From positions 5,748 through 69,747 of the forward strand of contig JAIDYR010000073.1 of the NCBI GenBank assembly GCA_029057985.1: a stretch of DNA of 64,000 bases, read 5' to 3'. This DNA is from Muribaculaceae bacterium (GTDB taxonomy: Bacteria > Bacteroidota > Bacteroidia > Bacteroidales > Muribaculaceae). The position numbers and the translations under genes are program-made. Below, piece by piece: positions 19,411 through 28,466 of this stretch; position 1 is the first letter of the stretch, and the number at the start of each line of letters is the position of its first letter. The notes under the pieces were generated by a model. The model had not been told where the DNA came from and made no database searches. It was given only the letters and a program-made list of their open reading frames with translations.

Positions 19411-21210
19411 TCAATCATCTGAATAGTGACGCAGAACTCTGCGATATGAATTGAATATCTTCGACTTGCTGACGAACCCTACATATCTGCCTTGATCAAC
19501 CACGGGAAGATTCCATGCGTTTGTCTGATCAAAAGTCTTCATTACGTTCTCCATTGATTCCGAGATATCTATCTTAGCCGGAGGCATTGACATGAACCTG
19601 GAGACGGTCATCGTCCTATATAGATCCGGTCTGAACATTATATTGCGGATATCATCAAGCAGCACTATCCCTTTCAGTTGCCCGTCATCGTCGATTACAG
19701 GGAAAATATTTCGATGCGACTTTGATATGACATCGACCATTTCTTTCAATGTCATACGCGGAGTGACAGGAGTGCAGTCTTTTTCTATAAGATTATCGAT
19801 TTTCAAAAGTGTCAGTACGGCCTGATCCTTTTCGTTGGTCATCAATTCTCCCTTCTGAGCAAGACGCATTGAATATATACTATAAGGAAGAAAGATCTTG
19901 ATGGTCATGTAGGAGAGGGTCGAGACTATTAGCAGAGGCAGAAAAAGCTCGTAGCCGCCTGTCATTTCGGCCGTAAGGAAGATCGCCATCAAAGGAGCGT
20001 GCATAACGCCGCTCATTACTCCCGCCATACCCATCAGAGCGAAATTCTTGTTGCTGATGTCTACTCCGATATCGAGATTATTAAGGATATACGCAAACAG
20101 GAATCCGCACATTGCTCCTACGAACAGAGAGGGAGCGAACGTGCCGCCCACTCCTCCCGCGCCATTGGTGGCCGAAGTGGCGAATACTTTTGTGAGTACA
20201 ATCAATCCGATATAAAGCGCGATAAACCATACCGAATCTCTGTCAAGAAAGAAAAGAGAGCCGTCGACAACCGAACTGACATTACCATCCAAAAGCTGAT
20301 TGATGGCTCCGTATCCTTCGCCATAAAGCGGGGGGAAGAGGAAAATCAGACCTGCAAGAATGACTCCTCCCGTGACGATCTTGAAATATGAATTTTTAAT
20401 CTTCCTGAACATCCCCTCCATGGCAAACATCATGCGTGTGAAATAGAGCGATACAAAGCCGCATACGATGCCTAAAAGAATGGTATAGGGGATTTTTCGG
20501 GTAAGGAATGGTTCGTTTTGAGAGAAGAAGAATTCATTATCATAGCCTTCGAAAATATAAGCTACGGTCGCTCCGGTGATCGAAGATATAAGCAGAGGCA
20601 TCACCGTCGCTCCGGTAAAGTCAATCATTAGGACTTCCAGAGTAAACAGCATTCCGGCGATCGGAGCCCGGAAGATTCCGGCGATGCCGGCGGCGGCTCC
20701 GCAGCCGACCAGTATCATCAGAATCTTGGGAGAAAGTCGGAACGCCTGTCCGATATTAGAGCCGATCGCGGCGCCGGTAAATACTATCGGACCCTCCGCA
20801 CCGACTGATCCTCCGAACCCAATCGTAATCGAAGAGGCTACCAACGAAGCATAGCAATTTTTCTTCTTTAGCCGGGATTTACGTTGGGAAATCGCATAGA
20901 GAACGCGGGTGACGCCATGTGATATGTTGTCTTTCACAACATACTTTATAAAAAGGGTCACAATTAGGATGCCTACGACCGGATAGATGAGATAGGTAAA
21001 ATTGGCCGAAGTATCGCTGACATGAGAGTTCAGGATCCCCGAGATCCAATGAATCAGAGTCTTTAGAATCTGAGCTGCCACGCCGCATAATACTCCGACG
21101 ATAAGAGCGAGCAGATATATAAACCGCCCTTCATCGATATGGCGTTCGCGCCATCCGACGATTCTCATCCATAGATCTGTGAGTCGGTTATGTGTCTCTT
21201 TATAAGCCAA
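19411..21210 (-). CDS. ClC-family chloride channel / H+-Cl- antiporter with C-terminal CBS pair
   Basis: 599 aa. ClC selectivity motifs GSVGAEGP, GIFRAPIAG and GxFxP are present, and the C-terminal roughly 140 aa look like tandem CBS domains. The start at 21210 is a TTG, the next ATG is at 21168, so the start is uncertain. Confidence 0.85.
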   Translation of the reverse strand: MAYKETHNRLTDLWMRIVGWRERHIDEGRFIYLLALIVGVLCGVAAQILKTLIHWISGILNSHVSDTSANFTYLIYPVVGILIVTLFIKYVVKDNISHGVTRVLYAISQRKSRLKKKNCYASLVASSITIGFGGSVGAEGPIVFTGAAIGSNIGQAFRLSPKILMILVGCGAAAGIAGIFRAPIAGMLFTLEVLMIDFTGATVMPLLISSITGATVAYIFEGYDNEFFFSQNEPFLTRKIPYTILLGIVCGFVSLYFTRMMFAMEGMFRKIKNSYFKIVTGGVILAGLIFLFPPLYGEGYGAINQLLDGNVSSVVDGSLFFLDRDSVWFIALYIGLIVLTKVFATSATNGAGGVGGTFAPSLFVGAMCGFLFAYILNNLDIGVDISNKNFALMGMAGVMSGVMHAPLMAIFLTAEMTGGYELFLPLLIVSTLSYMTIKIFLPYSIYSMRLAQKGELMTNEKDQAVLTLLKIDNLIEKDCTPVTPRMTLKEMVDVISKSHRNIFPVIDDDGQLKGIVLLDDIRNIMFRPDLYRTMTVSRFMSMPPAKIDISESMENVMKTFDQTNAWNLPVVDQGRYVGFVSKSKIFNSYRRVLRHYSDD

Positions 21211-21232
21211 AGTTTCTATGCTTTATTATTTT

Positions 21233-22633
21233 TCACACTCCTCTTCCTCCGATGACGGTGGAGATGGTATGTAGCAGTATCTTGAAGTCTACTATGACCG
21301 ACATGTTGGATAGGTAAATCAGGTCGTAATAGCTGCGTTCAATCATTTTGTCGGTATCTCCTGCATAACCGTATTTGACCATACCCCACGACGTGATGCC
21401 CGGTTTGACCTGATGCAGAAGACTATAATGGGGAGCTTTGCCCACAATCTTGTCAATATAGAATTTGCGTTCCGGACGCGGACCGACAAGCGACATTTCC
21501 CCTTTCAGTACATTCCAGAACTGAGGCACTTCATCCAGACGATATTTTCTCATTACGCGTCCGATAGGAGTGATGCGAGTGTCATTGTCGGAAGAAAGTT
21601 GCGGTCCGGATTTTTCAGCATCCTCTCTCATGCTTCTGAATTTCAGAATTTGAAAGGGTTTTTGGCGGTATCCGATGCGCTCCTGCCGATATATGACCGG
21701 TCCGGGTGAAGTAAATCTGACTATCAATGCCAGAATAAACATAAGAGGCGCCATAACGATGAGAGCCAGGATAGACAGGACCACGTCAATTACCCGTTTA
21801 ATATTAATCTGTGAATCCGACATTGATGGGGAAGATATGTCGATGAAGGGTTCTGCATAAATGTCGCCGGTGCGAATCTTTGAAGTAACGTAATCAAGTG
21901 CTGACGGTCGGATCCGGATCGGCACGCCTAAATGGAAATATTCATATAGAAGAGATAGGATTTTCTTTTCAGAGGAATCTTGCTCTGCGATAATTATGAT
22001 ATTGTCGACATTTCCCTGTCGGCAGAGGGTCTCCAACTGCCGGCGTGTCAGAATCTTATGATTTGAAGTGGCCGTGGATTCACCCGGTATGGGGATAAAT
22101 CCTATTATGTTATAGCCCAGGCGGGTCTGAGCCTTGTCAAGGCGGCGTGCATCTGCCAGGGCATGCGGAGAATTACCAATTATTACGGTATTGAAAGCCC
22201 AGTTCCGGTTTTCCAGATTATAGATAGAAGCCTGGGTCAGAATTATGCGACCGAGATATGTCACACTGAATAATAATCCCAATAGGAGAATAAGCAATTC
22301 ATAGTTGAAATATCTTGTCGGCAACTGATCATTGATAAGCAGCGCGAGATATATCCACATCGTATTGAAAAGAGTGGCGCCAATCGTCTGCGACAGTTCC
22401 TGAAGACGTGACTTGCCGAAAGGATGATTGTAATAACCCGACATCCAGAAAACACCAAGCATCGCAAGGGGAATCAGGCATTGCTCAAGAATCATTTTCG
22501 GAGTAGAAATAAAATCAAGGAATGATATGCCGTAGCGTTGTGCCATACCCATCATTACGTATCTGACTCCGTTGAAAAGAAAGAAAGCGAGCGAGGATGT
22601 GATCAAATCCATGACCACATATCGAATTCTCAT
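21233..22633 (-). CDS. Polyprenyl-phosphate sugar phosphotransferase (WbaP/WcaJ-like bacterial sugar transferase)
   Basis: It has an N-terminal multi-TM region and a C-terminal bacterial sugar-transferase domain (RFTSPGPVIYRQERIG, KFRSM, DEVPQFWNVLKGEMSLVGPRP). The ORF track starts at a GTG at 22663. I prefer the first ATG at 22633. Confidence 0.8.
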   Translation of the reverse strand: MRIRYVVMDLITSSLAFFLFNGVRYVMMGMAQRYGISFLDFISTPKMILEQCLIPLAMLGVFWMSGYYNHPFGKSRLQELSQTIGATLFNTMWIYLALLINDQLPTRYFNYELLILLLGLLFSVTYLGRIILTQASIYNLENRNWAFNTVIIGNSPHALADARRLDKAQTRLGYNIIGFIPIPGESTATSNHKILTRRQLETLCRQGNVDNIIIIAEQDSSEKKILSLLYEYFHLGVPIRIRPSALDYVTSKIRTGDIYAEPFIDISSPSMSDSQINIKRVIDVVLSILALIVMAPLMFILALIVRFTSPGPVIYRQERIGYRQKPFQILKFRSMREDAEKSGPQLSSDNDTRITPIGRVMRKYRLDEVPQFWNVLKGEMSLVGPRPERKFYIDKIVGKAPHYSLLHQVKPGITSWGMVKYGYAGDTDKMIERSYYDLIYLSNMSVIVDFKILLHTISTVIGGRGV

Positions 22634-22686
22634 GCCTTTTATAGAAATCAGATTTCCTTTCACTTTCTTTTCTTACGCCAAATAAT

Positions 22687-22742
22687 TAAGTTGGTACCGA
22701 AATCCTAAGATAAATAAGTCAGTACCGAAATCCTGAGATTAT
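22687..22742. repeat. Two direct 28-bp repeats upstream of the sugar-transferase gene
   Basis: GTACCGAAATCCTAAGAT (22694-22711) and GTACCGAAATCCTGAGAT (22722-22739) match at 17/18 positions with a 28-bp period. Both are preceded by TAAGT. Confidence 0.7.
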
Positions 22743-23321
22743 TTATCTGATAATGGTCAAAGTCTCGTCATCCCTTACCTTGATGATTGCGCTTGGCTTA
22801 CGGCGTGAATTGTCGTCACGCCGGTAATCCGCTATATAATCCACTCCTTTTTTGATCTCTCCGGATATCTCTGAGAAAACGGCAGGAGCCTTATTCCCGC
22901 TTATATTGGCTGAAGTAGAGACTATCGGGACTCTCACTTTCCGACATAGGGCTCGGCAGAATCTTTCATCAGCTACCCTGATTCCGAGAGATCCGTCGGG
23001 CGCCAGAAGATTGCGGGCTATTCCGGAAGGTGAATCATAGATTATAGTCAGAGGGTCGACTGCCACTTCAAGAAGTTGCAAAGCTGTCTCAGGCACATTT
23101 TTCAGCCATCGATAGAGATCATCGACATTGCCGACAATGGCGAGCATGGATTTGGAATCCTCGCGCTGTTTAAGCGCATAGATTTTTGCTACTGCATCCG
23201 GATTCGTCGCATCGCAGCCGATCCCCCACACTGTATCGGTAGGATACAATATAAGTTCACCCCGACGTATAGCCGAAGCAGCCATATCTATATCTTTATT
23301 GAATCTGTCGATTTCCTGCAT
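22743..23321 (-). CDS. tsaC: L-threonylcarbamoyladenylate synthase (YrdC/TsaC type)
   Basis: 192-aa YrdC-domain protein: LYPTDTVWGIGCDATN, SANISG. Confidence 0.85.
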   Translation of the reverse strand: MQEIDRFNKDIDMAASAIRRGELILYPTDTVWGIGCDATNPDAVAKIYALKQREDSKSMLAIVGNVDDLYRWLKNVPETALQLLEVAVDPLTIIYDSPSGIARNLLAPDGSLGIRVADERFCRALCRKVRVPIVSTSANISGNKAPAVFSEISGEIKKGVDYIADYRRDDNSRRKPSAIIKVRDDETLTIIR

Positions 23322-23500
23322 TTGAAAGCGCGGGTAATATGTCGTATTATTCGGTCAAGGTCCGAATTAAATCTTGACGATGAAATGAATCTAATCCATT
23401 CGGCTTCCGCGATCGAAAGTTGAGGATTATGGGGCTAAAGGGTTAAAACCGAAATTCAAATTTAGTTAAAAAAATTGGAGTCGGCAAATTTTTTAGGATC

Positions 23501-25603
23501 TTAGTTTTTAAAATCTTTTTCAATTTCCTCCAGTTGCTTTTGCCACATTGCCGAGGAGGCATCTGAAGGCATTCGCCAGTCGCCACGTGGTGAGAGACAT
23601 ACCGAGCCGACCTTAGGACCGTCAGGAAGGCAAGAGCGCTTAAACTGCTGATTGAAGAATCTGCGATAGAATGTCTTGAGCCAATGAAGTATGGTTGCTG
23701 AATCATATCGGCCGTCGAATGCTTCTTCTGCAAGATGATATATTTTTGCCGGCTCGAATGAATTGCGCAGAGTATGATAAAGGAAGAAATCATGCAGTTC
23801 ATAGGGCCCTACAAGATCTTCTGTCTTTTGGACAATTTCATCTTTCCCTTCCTTGGCCGGTACGAGTTCCGGAGATATAGGAGTATCAATTATATCGAGC
23901 AGTACTTTCTTTATATCATCATTTTTCTCCTTGAGAGCAAACCACTCTACAAGATATTTCACGAGAGTCTTGGGCACTGAAGTGTTGACAGCATACATTG
24001 ACATGTGGTCACCGTTATATGTGCACCATCCCAAAGCCAATTCCGATAAATCTCCTGTGCCTACTACGATTCCGCCTACTTTATTGGCATAATCCATCAA
24101 AATCTGTGTTCTCTCGCGAGCCTGCGAGTTTTCATAAGTCGCATCGAATTTCTGAGGATCTTGATTGATATCGTTGAAATGTTGCGCCACGGCATCACCT
24201 ATCGGAATTTCTATTGCGGTGCATCCGAGCAATGACATCAATTGCCAGGCATTATTATGGGTTCGGTTAGTGGTAGCCAACCCGGGCATAGTAATTCCGA
24301 TTACTTCAGATGGATCCATACCCGCCATCTTCGCAGTCCTCACAGCAACGAGCAGTGCAAGCGTTGAGTCAAGTCCTCCCGAGACCCCGATTATCATCTT
24401 CGGGCGTCCGATGGCGTTGAGTCGCTGAAGCAATCCATGACATTGAATATTGATTATCTCAGTGCAATTCTCGTTGCGATGAGATAAATCAGAAGGAACG
24501 AACGGAGTCGGATGAAGCATTCCGGTAATAGGAGTGATATCATAATCCTCTTGTTTCTTTATGTTCCTATCTTCAAATTCATGATAGCCCGTTGAGTGGC
24601 CTACGATTATTACGTCCGGCATTGAATCGCGGTTGACTATATCCGTAAAGGTATTGAATCTCACTCTCTCATACTGTAAGCGGCCGGCATCGATATCTGC
24701 AAAGGCAGTAGGAATATTTTCGGTTATATCTATCTGCTTTTTGTCAAAATCCTTCTGTCCTGAAATAGAATCCTGCTCGGGAAAAATATCGGATTCTGAT
24801 AACATCGCTCCATTTTCTGCTATAGCCGTAAATCCCGGGAATGCAAGATCGGTGGAAGATTCTCCCGCTCCGGCGGAGGCATAGATATATGCACATCTGC
24901 AACGTGCTGATTGTTGCAGTATGAGGTCTCGGCGATAGCGTTGTTTGCCGAGCACCGCATTGGAGGCTGAAAGATTGACGATCACGTCGGCTCCGGACAT
25001 TGCAAGCCATGATGAGGGAGGAATTGGCGTCCATAAATCTTCGCAAATTTCTGCTCCTATGGTCAACCCGTCGTGAGCCACCAGGATATGAGGACCAAAC
25101 GGTACTGAAGATTCGCCGGCATATGAAATCAGGCAATTCTCCATCCCCGAGGCTGATTCAAACCATCGGCGTTCGTAGAATTCTCCATAGTTAGGAATGA
25201 AAGTCTTGGGAACAATTGCAAGAATTCTGCCGCCGCGGATAAAAACTGCGCAGTTATAGAGTTTATTCCCAACTTTTACAGGTGCACCGACTGCCAGCAG
25301 CAGATTGTGAAGTCTTCGAATGGATTCATGCCCCGGATTCAGTGCCGGATCTGTATGGCGGCATAGCCTGCGTATTCCCCGCTCCGCATTTTCTATTAAG
25401 AAGGAGTGAAGGAAGAGGTCGGCACAGGTATAGCCGGTCACCGACAATTCCGGGAAAACGAGCAAGCTGCAGAAGTCCGAGAAGGAAGAATCGATGATTT
25501 CTATAATTCGGTCTACGTTGAAATTGACGTCCGCTACTCTGACGTGGGGGGCTGCAGCAGCAACTCTGCGGAAGCCGCAATATCTAAATTTGGATAATTT
25601 CAT
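23501..25603 (-). CDS. nadE: Glutamine-dependent NAD+ synthetase (nitrilase-like glutaminase domain + NAD synthetase domain)
   Basis: 700 aa. The N-terminal CN-hydrolase domain carries FPELSVTGY and ICEDLW. The C-terminal ATP-PPase domain carries the SGGxDS P-loop as GVSGGLDS. Confidence 0.9.
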   Translation of the reverse strand: MKLSKFRYCGFRRVAAAAPHVRVADVNFNVDRIIEIIDSSFSDFCSLLVFPELSVTGYTCADLFLHSFLIENAERGIRRLCRHTDPALNPGHESIRRLHNLLLAVGAPVKVGNKLYNCAVFIRGGRILAIVPKTFIPNYGEFYERRWFESASGMENCLISYAGESSVPFGPHILVAHDGLTIGAEICEDLWTPIPPSSWLAMSGADVIVNLSASNAVLGKQRYRRDLILQQSARCRCAYIYASAGAGESSTDLAFPGFTAIAENGAMLSESDIFPEQDSISGQKDFDKKQIDITENIPTAFADIDAGRLQYERVRFNTFTDIVNRDSMPDVIIVGHSTGYHEFEDRNIKKQEDYDITPITGMLHPTPFVPSDLSHRNENCTEIINIQCHGLLQRLNAIGRPKMIIGVSGGLDSTLALLVAVRTAKMAGMDPSEVIGITMPGLATTNRTHNNAWQLMSLLGCTAIEIPIGDAVAQHFNDINQDPQKFDATYENSQARERTQILMDYANKVGGIVVGTGDLSELALGWCTYNGDHMSMYAVNTSVPKTLVKYLVEWFALKEKNDDIKKVLLDIIDTPISPELVPAKEGKDEIVQKTEDLVGPYELHDFFLYHTLRNSFEPAKIYHLAEEAFDGRYDSATILHWLKTFYRRFFNQQFKRSCLPDGPKVGSVCLSPRGDWRMPSDASSAMWQKQLEEIEKDFKN

Positions 25604-25635
25604 AATCCTAACGTTTTAGTCTGAAGAAATTTTAT

Positions 25636-25874
25636 AAGAGCGCTAAGCTGCCGAGAGGCCGGTTAGCGATGCCGAAGGCACTTTGACCTACCGCAAATTT
25701 AATATATTCGCGAGTAGGCAAAGAGCGATAGTCGGCCGAGAGGCCGGTTAGCGATGCCAAAGGCACTTTGACCTACCGCAAATTTAATATATTCGCGAGT
25801 AGGCAAAGAGCGATAGTCGGCCGAGAGGCCGGTTAGCGATGCCGAAGGCACTTTGACCTACCGCAAATTTAATA
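25636..25874. repeat. Tandem array of an 85-bp unit (2.65 copies plus a degenerate partial copy) in the nadE upstream region
   Basis: Units start at 25650, 25735 and 25820. Copies 1 and 2 differ at one base (G25674 vs A25759). Copy 3 is identical up to 25874. See the corresponding finding. Confidence 0.95.
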
Positions 25875-25900
25875 AAAAATTCCGACCGAGTCAAACGTGG

Positions 25901-25942
25901 TGATAAAAAAGCAGTCGACTCGGAGAGATCCGGGTCGACTGC
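25901..25942 (-). terminator. Rho-independent terminator of the rpmB-rpmG-DUF4295 operon
   Basis: 9-bp perfect stem GCAGTCGAC (25911-25919) / GTCGACTGC (25934-25942). On the minus strand it is followed by TTTTTT (complement of 25905-25910). A T-run is also present on the plus side. Confidence 0.75.
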
Positions 25943-25966
25943 GAACTATTTTTTAGTAGGGAGGTC

Positions 25967-26116
25967 TTACTTAAGAGCTGCTTGAACAGCCTCATTGGGC
26001 ACCATTTCCTCTTTGAAGACATAAGCGCCTGTCTTGGGAGACTTCTCCATTTTGATGACTTTGCTATATGTGCGGCCTTCACCTTTCTGAAGAGACGCGA
26101 CGGTTTTCTTTGCCAT
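25967..26116 (-). CDS. DUF4295-family small protein (49 aa)
   Basis: Below the ORF-track size cutoff. Hand translation gives MAKKTVASLQKGEGRTYSKVIKMEKSPKTGAYVFKEEMVPNEAVQAALK. The position directly after rpmG is the conserved Bacteroidota arrangement. Confidence 0.85.
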   Translation of the reverse strand: MAKKTVASLQKGEGRTYSKVIKMEKSPKTGAYVFKEEMVPNEAVQAALK

Positions 26117-26127
26117 AGTTCAGATGC

Positions 26128-26316
26128 TTATTTGATTTCTTTGTGGATGGTCATTTTCTTCAGAATGGGGTTGTATTTCTTCAACTCCAGACGTCCGGGG
26201 GTGTTTTTACGGTTTTTAGTGGTTATGTAGCGCGACATACCGGGCATACCGCTTGCCTTATGTTCGGTGCATTCGAGTATCACTTGCACTCGATTGCCTT
26301 TAGCTTTCTTTGCCAT
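26128..26316 (-). CDS. rpmG: 50S ribosomal protein L33
   Basis: 62 aa: [42 protein letters not shown]. Confidence 0.95.
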   Translation of the reverse strand: MAKKAKGNRVQVILECTEHKASGMPGMSRYITTKNRKNTPGRLELKKYNPILKKMTIHKEIK

Positions 26317-26329
26317 TGTTTATGTATGC

Positions 26330-26593
26330 TTAGAGTGAAAGGATATTGATTTTCTTGAAGTCGAGCTTGCCTTCGGCCTCGGCTCTTTTGAGAGCGGCGT
26401 TAAGACCGATTTTGTTGATGATACGCAGAGCGTGGGCTGAAACTACGAGCTCAATCCACATATCCTGCTCTACCCAGTAGAATTTTTTCTTGTGAAGATT
26501 CACCTCAAATTTGCGTTTTGTGCGACGCTTTGAGTGGGAAACATTGTTGCCCACCTGTGTCTTCTTGCCGGTGATCTGACAAACTTTTGACAT
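26330..26593 (-). CDS. rpmB: 50S ribosomal protein L28
   Basis: 87 aa: [33 protein letters not shown]. Confidence 0.95.
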   Translation of the reverse strand: MSKVCQITGKKTQVGNNVSHSKRRTKRKFEVNLHKKKFYWVEQDMWIELVVSAHALRIINKIGLNAALKRAEAEGKLDFKKINILSL

Positions 26594-26721
26594 GGCTGTT
26601 GTTTTTAAATCTTTATTTTAAAAAACTTGGTTAAGGTTTCGAGGCCGCCATCTCAGTTCTCATATCATCGCTAAGTGCATCATTCTCAGCGATTTTAAAG
26701 GATGTGCCACAAAATCCGATG

Positions 26722-26753
26722 CAAAGTTACTAACTTTCCGTGAATTACGCAAG
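26722..26753 (-). promoter_or_regulatory. Putative promoter of the rpmB operon
   Basis: On the minus strand: TTG (complement of 26750-26752), 20 nt, then TAACTTTG (complement of 26722-26729). The leader of about 125 nt contains a 9-bp hairpin at 26667-26693. Confidence 0.45.
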
Positions 26754-26830
26754 TTTTTCCCTGACTTTTTCTGTGGTTTTTCTGTGATTCCCGGGATCTT
26801 ATCAAAGAATTTGAATGTCAGTCGGAATAA

Positions 26831-27610
26831 TTATAGTTCTTCCAGATCTTCGTTGGTCAGCACGGCGGTATAGCTGTCCTGAGTCGAAGGATCAAGATAG
26901 ATATAGTTGATGGAATATCCCGCAAGGTAAGCCTTGTGGCCGATTGTCTTCAAGGTAGGATCATTGTTAAACATGCTGAGCAGATTAAACTTGAGAGTTT
27001 TGTCGGCAGCTTTTAAGTTGGCAATGGAGACAGGAGCTTTGACATGGTAGACATAGATCATCTTATTCCCGTCGATATAAGCATCCGTCATTGTGATCCC
27101 TTCTCCCATTTCCATCGGACAACTCAGCTTTTCCTGCTTGACAGTCCCTGCGAGATATATTTTCGCATTCTCCTTTTCCGAATTATTATTATTAAGAATT
27201 TTGCCTATGTCATAAGTAGTCAGGATGACATCTGCGATATGCTCTCCTCCGATATTATAATCCATCAGGAGTTGAGCCGTAGCATCATAGAGCAGTTGCA
27301 TAAGCGGACGTGTATTATCTTCGGAAAAGCCGGCTATCAGACTCTGCTTGATTGAATCAGGACTACGTTGAAAAAAGGATTCTTTAGTGACGAGGCCCGG
27401 GTTAAGATTGACATGATAAGCAAGGGTACGCGACTTCTTATCAAAAGTGACGGATTCGCAAATGCCGGATAAGCCCATATCCAGCGGACATTGGGCATTT
27501 ACCTGCTTGGCAACTATTGCCAGATCGCTGACCGCATCTGCATAGGCAGAAGCGGGAATAAGAAGATTGACAATGGATATTACGAGAGGAATCAGATACT
27601 TGACCTTCAT
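26831..27610 (-). CDS. Secreted hypothetical protein built from two homologous ~110-aa repeats
   Basis: 259 aa with signal peptide MKVKYLIPLVISIVNLLIPASAYA. There is an internal duplication: KQVNAQCPLDMGLSG..LAYHVNL vs KQEKLSCPMEMGEGI..YVYHVKA. Confidence 0.65.
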   Translation of the reverse strand: MKVKYLIPLVISIVNLLIPASAYADAVSDLAIVAKQVNAQCPLDMGLSGICESVTFDKKSRTLAYHVNLNPGLVTKESFFQRSPDSIKQSLIAGFSEDNTRPLMQLLYDATAQLLMDYNIGGEHIADVILTTYDIGKILNNNNSEKENAKIYLAGTVKQEKLSCPMEMGEGITMTDAYIDGNKMIYVYHVKAPVSIANLKAADKTLKFNLLSMFNNDPTLKTIGHKAYLAGYSINYIYLDPSTQDSYTAVLTNEDLEEL

Positions 27611-27704
27611 TGTGGTATAAAATAGTGGGTGGTTAGAAAAAGATTGTAGATATTAGATTGCTATTTTCTAAGGAGATAGAAGGGAACAAATCTTCCGGGG
27701 ATAA

Positions 27705-28466
27705 TTACTCGTCGTTGAAGTCCTCCGGTGCAGTATAGTTATTGCGAAGGAGGTTTATCAGCATGACGAGGCTATGGTTTGTAGCTTGTTCGATGACGCT
27801 GTTGCGGTCCCCAGAGAAAACTACACATTCAGTGACGAGTTTATCGTGGAATCGCGCAGCCATCCATACGGTGCCCACAGGCTTATTCTTTGTGCCTCCA
27901 TCGGGGCCTGCTATTCCTGAAGTCGCTATGGAGCAATCCGTGCGCATGATCTTGGCGGCGCCTTCCGCCATTTGCTCCACAACCTGGCGGCTGACAGCGC
28001 CGTACTGAGCTATGTTGCTCCGACTTACTCCGAGTACTTCAGACTTTACATTATTGGCGTAAGAAACGACGCTACCCAGGAAATAGGCTGAAGACCCCGG
28101 ATTTTGAGTAATCCTGTGAGCAAGATTGCCCCCGGTGCAACTTTCTGCACATGAAACGGTCAGCTCGCGTTCCTTCAGAATCGTGCCTAATACTTCAGCC
28201 GGCTGTCGATCATCCATCGAGAGGACATCTTCTGTGAATATATCGTTGAGATTACGATGAAATTTATTCATTTTGAAGCGGAGCAGTTCGACTCCGGAGT
28301 GGACTCCGGTCAGAGTGATTTTCGTGACGAGATTGGAATTGTCGATTGTGATTTTGACATATTCCGGGAGTTGCTCTTCGAAATGGCGGATTACTCGTGA
28401 GAGCTCTTCATGAGTATATCCGTAGATGACGACATGGCGGATTTCTGTATGATTTTCCTGATTCAT
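27705..28466 (-). CDS. CinA C-terminal-domain protein (PncC-like nicotinamide-nucleotide amidohydrolase) lacking the MoCF N-terminal domain
   Basis: 253 aa. The C-terminal 160 aa carry LTVSCAESCTGG, VSYANNVK and TSGIAGPDGG. The N-terminal roughly 90 aa resemble only the linker domain of full-length CinA. Its start overlaps the tsaD stop (ATGA). Confidence 0.8.
   Translation of the reverse strand: MNQENHTEIRHVVIYGYTHEELSRVIRHFEEQLPEYVKITIDNSNLVTKITLTGVHSGVELLRFKMNKFHRNLNDIFTEDVLSMDDRQPAEVLGTILKERELTVSCAESCTGGNLAHRITQNPGSSAYFLGSVVSYANNVKSEVLGVSRSNIAQYGAVSRQVVEQMAEGAAKIMRTDCSIATSGIAGPDGGTKNKPVGTVWMAARFHDKLVTECVVFSGDRNSVIEQATNHSLVMLINLLRNNYTAPEDFNDE

Noticed and set aside
25636-25874. The 85-bp tandem repeat considered as a CRISPR array
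   Set aside because: The units are directly contiguous with no unique spacers, the unit length is far above CRISPR repeat size, and there are no cas genes in the window.
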